NCBI GenBank assembly: GCA_963804355.1
Contig: CAWDQC010000029.1
Coordinates: 3,319 to 67,318, forward strand
Length of the DNA stretch: 64,000 nucleotides
Direction of reading: 5' to 3'
From: an uncultured Pseudomonadota bacterium
Lineage (GTDB): Bacteria; Desulfobacterota; Binatia; Binatales; Binataceae
Shown: one piece after another, positions 48,623 to 57,202 of the stretch
How the letters are laid out: every line of letters starts with the position of its first letter
Position numbering within the stretch: position 1 is the first letter of the stretch
Translations under genes and position numbers: made by a program
Notes under the pieces: generated by a model
What the model was told of the DNA's origin: nothing
The model's database searches: none
What the model saw: only the letters and a program-made list of their open reading frames with translations

Positions 48623-50533
48623 ATGAAATTGGGATCGTTGGTGTCCCCTGGTCTACTCAGGGGAAGGGGCAGGATGTTAGGTCTCGTCGTGGCGGCGACC
48701 CTACTCGTTGTAAGCTTCAGAGCCACTCAGGTTATGGCCGGCGATGTTTCTGCGCAGCCTGCCGATTCACTAAGTATCAACACTCCGGGCAACACTCTTT
48801 TGCCGCAAAGCCAGGCTGCGGAAGAAAGCTGGCTGGATGGCCTGCACATATCGGGTTATGCATCGCAGACCTTCGGCATGTGGCAGAATCCAACCGCCCT
48901 GAAGCAATTCACTCCGAGCCGCAACAACCTCGCGGTATCGCGAACCTTGCTCCAGGTCGATGAGAACTACCGGCTCAACGAAAACAACAACTTCTTCATG
49001 CGCGAATGGTTCGTTTACGAACCCCCGTACTCATGGGATAGCGCGAACATAGGCGCTTACAATACGGCCTCGGCGAATACGCCATTTTGCACAGTCAATT
49101 GCGAGCATCCGGCCAGCTACGGCCACTTCATGAATGACTGGTACAATATCTACCAGGTGCGCGACGCCTGGTGGGAGAACAAGACCGGTCCGCTCACAAC
49201 GTTCATCGGTAATCAGATAGTGGTGTGGGGCCAATCGCTCGCCTTTCGCGTCGGCGACGTCATCAACCCGGTCGATACCACTTGGGCATTCGGATTCGCG
49301 AACCTGGAGCAGTCGCGCAATGCGCAATGGATGATTCATCCGATTCTCAACCTGCCGCAGTTCGGCCCGTTGAATTCGAATTTCATCGAAATGGTGTTGC
49401 AACCAGGCTTTGCGCCCCAATGGTGGGAATGTGATTATGCTGACGGCCGCTACCTGGATGAGTGCACCACCGGCATGAAAGCCGGCCGCGCGGCAACCGG
49501 CGCACCTTCCGCTGAGCATAATCCCAGTGCCCGATTCGATTTGGGCTACAGCAACCAGCCTTATTTCGGATTGAACGCGCCTCTTACGGCCGGAGGATTT
49601 GTACCGTCGCCAGCGGCGCACGAGTTTTGGAGCTGCTCACAATTGGCTCCCGGAGTTCGCCCGGGCTTCAACCCAGTCCCCGCTGGTCTGCAAAGAGCGT
49701 GCGCTCTCGGACTTAGCAAGAACACTGTACCGTATGGTGTTAATGGCGACGGCAATCTGGTCGATATCGGGCAATGGCGTATTCCAGGGATGCAGCCGCA
49801 GAACTGGAACGAGGGCGCTCGTTTTCACACTCTGATCGGAGCGACTGAGCTCACGGCTCTCTACTACAACGACAACGTCAACGGTGGGTATCCGGCGACT
49901 CTCAAATGGACGCCCTACACCAACCTATGGACCTACAGCTACCCTGACATTCAGGACGCTGGCGTGACCGCTGATCGTCCGCTACCTATTCCCGCTTCGC
50001 TCGCGGAATTTATTCCTGCCGTAGGGCGCGCGGAGTTTGTGTATTCCAATCACAACTCGTTCGACGATATGAGTCCGACGAATCTCACTGCACAGGGTTG
50101 GTCGGACGTCGTCAAGTGGATGGTAGCCATCGACCTCGACCAGGCCTATGCGCCATGGCTCACCAGCACCGGCAATCTCACGGCCAACGTTGAGGTGTAC
50201 GACAGCATCGTGATGGATAACCAGAAGACTTTCGCGGTTACCAACGCACTGTCGGAGAACCACGTCAAGAACGACGTCAGCGTATTGTTCAACCTCGGGA
50301 CGTCATGGTGGTGGGACGATTTCGCTCCGACCTTCACCACGATCTTTCAGCCCAAAGGGAGGAACATTGCAATGTTCCCGGCGCTGGTTGTGAATCCGCC
50401 GTGGACCAAGAAGTATTTCTTGAAGTTGCAGGCGATCGAGGTTATGGGCGGCGATCACGAGCAGGGAGTTGGGTGGTTCAAAGGCGAAAGCCTTCTGACA
50501 GCCCAGTTTCAGTACAACTTTAATATACTGTAA
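48623..50533 (+). CDS. DUF1302 family outer-membrane protein, copy 2 (intact)
   Basis: RBS GAGGGAGGAAATT. 636 aa with signal peptide MKLGSLVSPGLLRGRGRMLGLVVAATLLVVSFRATQVMAG and the full-length DUF1302 architecture, ending in an aromatic-rich beta-barrel C-terminus ...AQFQYNFNIL. Confidence 0.8.
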   Translation: MKLGSLVSPGLLRGRGRMLGLVVAATLLVVSFRATQVMAGDVSAQPADSLSINTPGNTLLPQSQAAEESWLDGLHISGYASQTFGMWQNPTALKQFTPSRNNLAVSRTLLQVDENYRLNENNNFFMREWFVYEPPYSWDSANIGAYNTASANTPFCTVNCEHPASYGHFMNDWYNIYQVRDAWWENKTGPLTTFIGNQIVVWGQSLAFRVGDVINPVDTTWAFGFANLEQSRNAQWMIHPILNLPQFGPLNSNFIEMVLQPGFAPQWWECDYADGRYLDECTTGMKAGRAATGAPSAEHNPSARFDLGYSNQPYFGLNAPLTAGGFVPSPAAHEFWSCSQLAPGVRPGFNPVPAGLQRACALGLSKNTVPYGVNGDGNLVDIGQWRIPGMQPQNWNEGARFHTLIGATELTALYYNDNVNGGYPATLKWTPYTNLWTYSYPDIQDAGVTADRPLPIPASLAEFIPAVGRAEFVYSNHNSFDDMSPTNLTAQGWSDVVKWMVAIDLDQAYAPWLTSTGNLTANVEVYDSIVMDNQKTFAVTNALSENHVKNDVSVLFNLGTSWWWDDFAPTFTTIFQPKGRNIAMFPALVVNPPWTKKYFLKLQAIEVMGGDHEQGVGWFKGESLLTAQFQYNFNIL

Positions 50534-50555
50534 ATGAACTGACTAACCGACCGAT

Positions 50556-50592
50556 GCGGTACGCATCTTTTGTGCGTGCCGCATCGGTCGCA
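50556..50592 (+). terminator. Imperfect hairpin plus T-run after DUF1302 copy 2
   Basis: CCGATGCGGTACGCA-TCTTTTG-TGCGTGCCGCATCGG. Confidence 0.5.
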
Positions 50593-50667
50593 CGAAGAGT
50601 CGAAGATACTCCCCGTCGCTTCCATCTTCTCAATCCAAAATTATCGCCGGGTCGAAAGTTGTCGGCG

Positions 50668-51924
50668 TTAAGGAACAGCTACGACAGTTGTCGCGGTCGT
50701 GCGGCCAAATTGATTGGTTGAATACAAAATATAGGTAGTTCTCTTCTTCGGACTGACGGTGATCGAGGTCCCTCGCACAGCACCTATCGTCGATATGATG
50801 TTGTAATTGGCGTTACTAACGTCCCAGGTCAGGGTCGTCGATTGACCTTTACTAACCGATGCCGGACTTGCCGAGAAGCTACTAACAACCGGAGCGGAGC
50901 CGGTGGGCGGCGGATTGGCGACCGAGTAGACATCACCCATCTGGACGACTTCGAAATCCGCACCGACCAGCGTTTTGAGCTGACCGAGATCGTTGTTGTT
51001 CCATCGGCTGTCGGGTGCGCCGCTTATGTAAATCGCGCTGCCGTTATCGGCAAGGATCATTCCGTATTTTTGCAGGGCCGTCAGAATCACCTGATTTTGG
51101 GCCGAAAAGCCCGATATGTCGAAGCTGGCCTTAAGCCGGAGCCGTGTGCCCATCGGCGGCGCATCAGTATCCGTAACTGAAGAGGCCCAGTGGCTCGCTG
51201 GCGCGGTGAATGCCTGCTGAGTAACGGGCACTGTAAAGCGTAACGCGTGATTGATTGCACCCGCGGCGACCTCGTCGTACCGAACCAGTCCGACGAATAT
51301 CGGCAGTCCCGCGGCGTCAGCCGAAGTCCAGTTATACGGTCGCTCCTCGTCGCTGGCCATATCCCAGACCGCGGTGGAATCCGCCTTCCACTTGAGCCGT
51401 CCCAGACGATGCGAATTATACAATTCGTATAGCCAACAACTGTCCTTATCGAGCACCAATACATGCCGGTCACCGTTGCCGGGCTTCGGGTAGCCCTCAA
51501 TCAGCGCATTGTATGGAATTGGCATCGGGCCCGGATCGCTTTCGTCCCCATAGGCCCCGAACTGGATATTCGCTTCAGCCTGGCTACCTGACACAACCTG
51601 ATACGGAATACCCATATATTGTCCATCCCACTCTCCGGAGCCGAAGTCAGGATGCACAGTGACAGCCGAGCCGATGTAATTGATGATATTGTCGGAATTA
51701 GGATCCGTCGGAGCCGAGGAGATATCGGTGTTCCATAGGTTATCCGCCGGGAAAGGTACAAACCCATTCAAGCTGGAGAGCTGCCCCGGCGTCATTCCGG
51801 CGCAGGTTCCGGCTTGCGCTCGAGCGGAACCGTTCGAAAGTTGCAGGATGGCCGCACAAAAAAAGGCCGCCCATAAGCTACGCAGGTTGACGCCGCCTGC
51901 CTGCACAATCCGATCTCGCCCCAT
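50668..51924 (-). CDS. Secreted hypothetical protein with a C-terminal Ig-like domain
   Basis: 418-aa ORF with signal peptide ...LRSLWAAFFCAAILQLSNGSARAQA. The C-terminal ~90 aa (SAPVVSSFSASPASVSKGQSTTLTWDVSNANYNIIS...) is Ig/fibronectin-like. The body is unassigned. Confidence 0.55.
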   Translation of the reverse strand: MGRDRIVQAGGVNLRSLWAAFFCAAILQLSNGSARAQAGTCAGMTPGQLSSLNGFVPFPADNLWNTDISSAPTDPNSDNIINYIGSAVTVHPDFGSGEWDGQYMGIPYQVVSGSQAEANIQFGAYGDESDPGPMPIPYNALIEGYPKPGNGDRHVLVLDKDSCWLYELYNSHRLGRLKWKADSTAVWDMASDEERPYNWTSADAAGLPIFVGLVRYDEVAAGAINHALRFTVPVTQQAFTAPASHWASSVTDTDAPPMGTRLRLKASFDISGFSAQNQVILTALQKYGMILADNGSAIYISGAPDSRWNNNDLGQLKTLVGADFEVVQMGDVYSVANPPPTGSAPVVSSFSASPASVSKGQSTTLTWDVSNANYNIISTIGAVRGTSITVSPKKRTTYILYSTNQFGRTTATTVVAVP

Positions 51925-52331
51925 TTCCGATCCCCCTTGAGACGCGCATCGTCAGCGTACCAAGGGGTCATCGCGTATATCGAGTCAATTTGTTTCGTGA
52001 AGCGTCGGAAGGGAAAGGTCTCGACCTAGTGCGCCTATAGTCTCCCGGAATGATCGCCACGCAATCCTAAGTGCAATTGACTTTCGCCAGCTTAAAAGCT
52101 CCTAAAGCAAGCAGTCCGCGAGGCCGACAATATGACGGGTGAGATTGCAGTCGAGCCGCTACCAGATCAAAAGTTGGCGAGGTCCCAATCCGATCGTAGA
52201 AAAATCTTACCACGTTCCCATTCTCCCTTCCCGAAGAGATGCAATTATCCAACGGGAATCGCGCTGTCCCTGATCGGCATATCGATTGCTGTGTCCATTG
52301 CTGTCGGGAATTTCTCTTGGAGGTAAGAGCT

Positions 52332-52406
52332 ATGCCGAAGCCTAACGATCAGTGCCCGTGCGGTTCTGGAAAAATGTACAAAGACTGCTGTGGTAAAGAG
52401 AAGTAG
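52332..52406 (+). CDS. SEC-C motif mini-protein (24 aa), absent from the ORF track
   Basis: Strong RBS TGGAGGTAAGAGCT is followed by ATG. The translation MPKPNDQCPCGSGKMYKDCCGKEK* matches the SEC-C metal-binding motif CPCGSGKKYKxCCG. Confidence 0.55.
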   Translation: MPKPNDQCPCGSGKMYKDCCGKEK

Positions 52407-52826
52407 AATTTTCCCGGACGGCGAGACGGCGGGGTGGCGCATCCATATCCTCTATTTAGATACCTACAGGCCCGAGATCCTCATCATGATACCACCCCGT
52501 CGCCTCTCCGCGGACACAAAGCCGAGTACCCGCTAAAGCAACTCCTCCTCGCGACCACTCCCTGATATCCATCCGCATCTAAATTATCCGCCTTGGGCCT
52601 TGCCCACCCTTCACGCTTGGCAGCCGCTGCTAAGTTTTTCTTCATTTTGCCTACAGACAGGCCGTGACTCTGTTTGAATGTCCGGGATGACAAGCTGTTA
52701 GGATTGAGGCACGGCGCCCGGTCGGCATCAACATAGCTCCCGAAGTCGCAATCTTTTATTTGCAAAGTTTCCGAGTCGGGTGCACTCTTCATCAGTACGA
52801 CCTTAGCCTAAAATGCGAGGGAATTT

Positions 52827-54008
52827 ATGAGCGGCTATACAATCATCGATGTCGATACGCACGTTACCGAGACGCCTGACTTGTGGACCCGACGCGCGCC
52901 GGAGCGGATGCGCGACTTGGTGCCACGCATCGAGACGACCAACGGGCGCATGCATTGGATCGTCGGCGGAAAGTCGATGCTGGGGAATCCGGGAATGACG
53001 GCTACCGCCGGAGTTGGTAGCTTTAAAAAACCTCCCCGGACCTTCGAAGAGATGCATCCTGGCGCTTTCGACGCCAAGGCCCGCCTGCGTTACATGGATG
53101 AGATGGGCATCTGGGCAATGGTGATGTATCCGAACGTCGGCGGATTCGGCGCCCAACAGTTTCTTAAACTGGGCGACCCTGAACTGATGCTGACCTGTGT
53201 CCAGATCTACAATGATTGGCAAACCGAATGGGCCTCTGCGGATTCCCGCAGGCTGTTGCCCATTACTTCGATTCCGTTCTGGGATGTCGCGGCAGCGGTG
53301 AAGGAAGTACGTCGATGCGCCGCGAACGGCCACAAGGGAATCCTCTTCACCGGTGAGCCTCAATATTGGGGGCAACCGCTTCTCGGCGATTCTCACTGGA
53401 ATCCGCTATGGGAGGCCGCCGTCGATCTCGACCTGCCGATCAGCTTCCATATTGGCTCGGGCAACATGGAGGAAGGCCTGCTGCAGAACAAAATCGCGTC
53501 CTATGGCCGCATGGCTGCCTTCACCGATCTGGCGGTCGAGATCTTCTTACGCAACGGCATCCAGCTTAGCGACTTGCTGATGTCCGGTGTGCTCGCTCGA
53601 TATCCGAAGATCAAGTTCGTTTCTGTCGAGAGCGGCATCGGCTGGATTCCGTTCATGCTCGAGGCGATGGATTATCAGTTCCAAGGCAATGGCGTGGCGG
53701 AAGAGCATCCGGAGTTCGACTTGCTGCCGTCACAATACTTCGCCCGTAACGTGTACGCATGTTACTGGTTCGAGCAGATTGCTCCGCGCCGGCTGATCGA
53801 TAAGGTCGGTGTCGATAACGTTCTCTTTGAGACGGATTTTCCTCATCCGACTTCGCTCTATGGAGATGAGGTACATTCGCGAATCAAGACTGGCCTGTCC
53901 GATTGCGAGGAATCGATCCGTCACAAGATTTTGTGGGGCAATGGGCAAAAGCTCTACAAGGTAGAATCTCCCGTCGCCGCAGATGAGGCGAAGCGCGCCG
54001 CGGCCTGA
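52827..54008 (+). CDS. Amidohydrolase-2 family protein (ACMSD/decarboxylase-like metal-dependent hydrolase)
   Basis: Intact 393 aa. MSGYTIIDVDTHVTETPDLW (the HxH metal-ligand start), ...ISFHIGSG..., ...LFETDFPHP (C-terminal Asp/His). Confidence 0.8.
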   Translation: MSGYTIIDVDTHVTETPDLWTRRAPERMRDLVPRIETTNGRMHWIVGGKSMLGNPGMTATAGVGSFKKPPRTFEEMHPGAFDAKARLRYMDEMGIWAMVMYPNVGGFGAQQFLKLGDPELMLTCVQIYNDWQTEWASADSRRLLPITSIPFWDVAAAVKEVRRCAANGHKGILFTGEPQYWGQPLLGDSHWNPLWEAAVDLDLPISFHIGSGNMEEGLLQNKIASYGRMAAFTDLAVEIFLRNGIQLSDLLMSGVLARYPKIKFVSVESGIGWIPFMLEAMDYQFQGNGVAEEHPEFDLLPSQYFARNVYACYWFEQIAPRRLIDKVGVDNVLFETDFPHPTSLYGDEVHSRIKTGLSDCEESIRHKILWGNGQKLYKVESPVAADEAKRAAA

Positions 54009-54028
54009 CAAGAGTTTTCATGCGATCT

Positions 54029-54060
54029 GGTCGCGGCCGTAAAAGTGCCGCGATCAGAAT
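54029..54060. terminator. Hairpin between the convergent amidohydrolase and HlyD genes
   Basis: TGGTCGCGGC-CGTAAAAGT-GCCGCGATCA gives a 9/10 stem. Confidence 0.4.
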
Positions 54061-54155
54061 CATCCCGGTACGTTCGATACGATGCGCACGAATGCCGAAA
54101 CAGCGTTCGTGCGATCTTTTTATTGCTTAAGGTTCCGGGGATCCGGCAGCGCCGC

Positions 54156-55203
54156 TCAGCGCGATCCCTGGATCGTTACGATCGCGGTCGCTCCCATCCT
54201 GAAGGGATGCGTCGCGTCAGGATCCTCGAGGGTAATTCGCACCGGAAAACGCTGCGAAAGCCGCACCCAATTCAGCGTCGGTTCGATCTGTGGCAAACCC
54301 TCTATCGTCGCTCCGTTAGCTTGATAGAGAGCCCAACCGACACCCTGCACCCGGCCGCTAAAGCGCCTGTTCGGATAGCTCAGCAGGTACACGTCGGCAT
54401 GCATCCCCGGCTCGATATGACCGAGAAAATTCTCGCGAAAGTTCGCGATCACGTACCACACGCGATTGTCCACCAGGCTCAATACTTCATGCCCCTCGTT
54501 CGCGTATTGGCCCACCGCGATATTGAGGTTGGTCACGTATGCGTCGAATGGGGCGTGGACGTAGCAGTAATCGACATTTAGCTTGGCGTCGTAGACCGCG
54601 GCCTCCGCAGCCTTACGTCGCGCATTGATTCCCCCGTATTCGCCGAGATCGTTCTGCGCCTTGCGGACCTCGCTCGCCGCGCTATCGATCGCGGCCTCGT
54701 CGGCGCGCAGCCGGCTTCGCGCGTTGAACACGTCGTTGGCCGTCACGAAATGCCGCGCCAGTAATGGTTCGATTCGCGCCAGGTACTGCCGATCGTACGC
54801 GGTCGTCGCCTCGAGTTGGGCTTGCTGCGAACGAGTCGACTTGATCGTGTCGTTGAGCGCCTTGATTTGCAGCGCCGTCAGCGCAAGGTCCGCCTCGGCT
54901 CGATCCAGCACCGATTTGTATGGGCGTGGATCAACTATGAACAGCAACTCGCCGGGTTTGACGTGCTGATTGTCATGGACCGGCAGCGCGACGATCGGTC
55001 CGCTCACATGCGGCGCGTACTCCGACGACATTGGCACGCACGTATGCGTCGTCGGTCCGCGGGTAGAGATAATAGAGCCAGGTGACGTAGAGCAGCGTCA
55101 CCGCTGCGCCGACAACGATCAGGATCGCGATCAGGCGCCCGGCAATTCGTACCGATAACCTCGGCGGCTGTTCGCTTACTTCGTCGGCCATCGCTCGTCT
55201 CAA
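54156..55203 (-). CDS. HlyD/EmrA/AaeA-type periplasmic membrane-fusion protein; one frameshift near 55030
   Basis: N-terminal TM segment RLSVRIAGRLIAILIVVGAAVTLLYVTW in ORF 54973-55203. The body ...YAPHVSGPIVALPVHDNQHVKPGELLFIVDPRPYKSVLDRAEADLALT...(coiled coil)...YCYVHAPFDAYVTNLNIAVGQYANEG... follows. Confidence 0.8.
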
Positions 55204-55397
55204 ATCCGGTTAAAAAACACCAACCACACCATGCATGCCAATAGGACTGCCAGGGACGTATAGACCAACGCGCGTGGCCCCATGTGAGGCTCGACCCCGC
55301 TCACCACGAAGATCGGCCGAATCACCGCCATCAGGATCGCGCCGACGATCGAACATAGCAGCCACGCCGGGAAGTTCGCCCCCGCGATATTGACCAC
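55200..55397 (-). CDS. DUF1656 (AaeX-like) small membrane protein, translationally coupled to the HlyD gene
   Basis: 65 aa with two TM helices: MVNIAGANFPAWLLCSIVGAILMAVIRPIFVVSGVEPHMGPRALVYTSLAVLLACMVWLVFFNRI. It overlaps the HlyD start by 4 nt. Confidence 0.6.
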   Translation of the reverse strand: MVNIAGANFPAWLLCSIVGAILMAVIRPIFVVSGVEPHMGPRALVYTSLAVLLACMVWLVFFNRI

Positions 55398-55610
55398 GGG
55401 GTCGCATCCGCCAAAGGCAAAGGGCGTAGCCGCAAATGCGGCGACGACCGACGGTCGTTCCTGCTCTCCTCACGCTTGGCATTGTTTCAGGCGACTTGAT
55501 TCTGACCGACCCCGATCACTGGATCAATTGAGCAAATACGCTCCCCGGTGAATATTTTGGGTCCTATAAGAATGCACAATCCCTCGCCGATCGCTACGAT
55601 TCCACTCATT

Positions 55611-57074
55611 ATGAAGACCCGCGATCGTCGATGGTCGAGCCGTGCAGCCCTCGCTGCGATGCTTTTCGCTTCCGGATGCGTCAGTTTCGCCGAGCGGCCC
55701 GAGATTACCCCTGCTCGATACGCACCCGCCAGCTCGGATCGTTCATGGAACGCCAATCCCGACGTCGCCGTTAATCACACACCCGTGCCCGAAACGATGG
55801 CCGCGCTGCAACCCGCACTGCCAGGCGCGCACACCTATGACCTCGACGCGATGGTCGATCTCGCGCTTCGTAATAACCCGCGTACGCAGAGTGCCTGGGA
55901 AGCCGCGCGAACTGCCGCCTCCGAATTCGGTGCGGCTCAGGCGCCCTACTATCCTCAAAGCGACGTCGAAGCCGCCAACGGTTACGTACGCGTCCCGTTC
56001 GAACTTCCCGGGATGGCGGGTGCCGTCAATCAATGGCAAGCGCAACCGGTGGTCAACGTAACCTATGTTCTGCTCGATTTCGGCCGTCGCAACTCAGCCT
56101 CAACTATCGCCCGCGAACATCTCATCGCCGCCAACTTCGCCTTTAATCGCGTGATTCAGGAAGTCGTCTTCGAAACGCAAAGCGCCTTCTACTCCCTCGA
56201 CGGCGCTCGCGCCGCCGTGATTGCTTCCGAAAAAAACCTCGAGTTGTCCCAAACCGACTTCGAAGCCGTGCGCCAGCGCGTTGACCTCGGACTGGCCACG
56301 CAGCCCGAGCTCCTGCTCGCCAAGGAACGCGTTGCGCAATCTCAATTCGACCTCGCCAACGCTCGCCTCCTGGTCCATGACGCACAGGCTAATCTTGCGA
56401 TCGCCCTCGGCATCCCGGCGAACTCTGACTTCCGCATCGAGAGCCTCGAGAGCCTGCCCGTTCCCGAGACGCTCGGTCCTGCCGTCGAAGCACTCATCGA
56501 CGAAGCTCGCCGGCAGCGCCCCGATTTGGCTGCTCGCGTGGCTAACCTTCGAGCCAGCGAGGCGCAAGTCTCCGAGGCGCGCGCGCAATTTTTTCCGACC
56601 GTCGGATTGGCGGGCTCCTATGGCGAGGATATGTGGCGTTTCACCTTCGTCAAGCCGCCGACCGTCCAAACCGCCATGCCGCAATACTCCGCGTTGCTGA
56701 CCCTCCGATGGGATCTTTTTACCGGCTTCCGCCACCTTAACGACATGCGCAGCGCCGAATCGGCTCGTGAGGGTGCCCGCGCCGACCTTCGCTCTCTTGA
56801 AGTGGACGCCACCGCGGAGGTCTGGCGCGCCTATTACGAGTTCGAGTCTTCGTTAAGCAAGTACCAATATGCCGTCAGCCTGCTGGCCTCGGCCAAGGAA
56901 GCCTATGCCGCAAATAGTGAAACTTACCGGCAGGGCCTGAGTACCATCATCGAACTGCTCACCGCTCAGCGCGATCTCGCCAATGCTCGCTACACCTTGG
57001 TGCAGACCAAGGCGGAGCTTTTGACTAGTTCGGCCGCAATTGCCTTCGCCGCGGGCGAGGTTCATGCGCGTTAG
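55611..57074 (+). CDS. Efflux transporter outer-membrane factor lipoprotein (TolC/NodT family)
   Basis: Lipobox ...AAMLFASGC. Two OEP repeats show the typical motifs (...LSQTDFEAVRQRVDLGLATQPELLLAKERVAQSQFDLANAR...; ...LTAQRDLANARYTLVQTKAELL...). Confidence 0.85.
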   Translation: MKTRDRRWSSRAALAAMLFASGCVSFAERPEITPARYAPASSDRSWNANPDVAVNHTPVPETMAALQPALPGAHTYDLDAMVDLALRNNPRTQSAWEAARTAASEFGAAQAPYYPQSDVEAANGYVRVPFELPGMAGAVNQWQAQPVVNVTYVLLDFGRRNSASTIAREHLIAANFAFNRVIQEVVFETQSAFYSLDGARAAVIASEKNLELSQTDFEAVRQRVDLGLATQPELLLAKERVAQSQFDLANARLLVHDAQANLAIALGIPANSDFRIESLESLPVPETLGPAVEALIDEARRQRPDLAARVANLRASEAQVSEARAQFFPTVGLAGSYGEDMWRFTFVKPPTVQTAMPQYSALLTLRWDLFTGFRHLNDMRSAESAREGARADLRSLEVDATAEVWRAYYEFESSLSKYQYAVSLLASAKEAYAANSETYRQGLSTIIELLTAQRDLANARYTLVQTKAELLTSSAAIAFAAGEVHAR

Positions 57075-57202
57075 GCATTGTCCGCATCATCTCGATAGGT
57101 AATTTTTTCCTGATCGATTGTCAGCTCCGCGCTCGAAGGACGCGCGAAAGGGACTTTTCTGGATCGGTGCTTTATCGGATGGTATTGATGTTCGCTATTT
57201 AG

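Noticed and set aside
54045-54581. 178-aa plus-strand ORF, with similar antisense ORFs at 56100-56735 (TolC) and 57848-58609 (kinase)
   Set aside because: All lie antisense to strongly supported genes and show the typical Arg/His-rich reverse-strand composition of high-GC coding regions.
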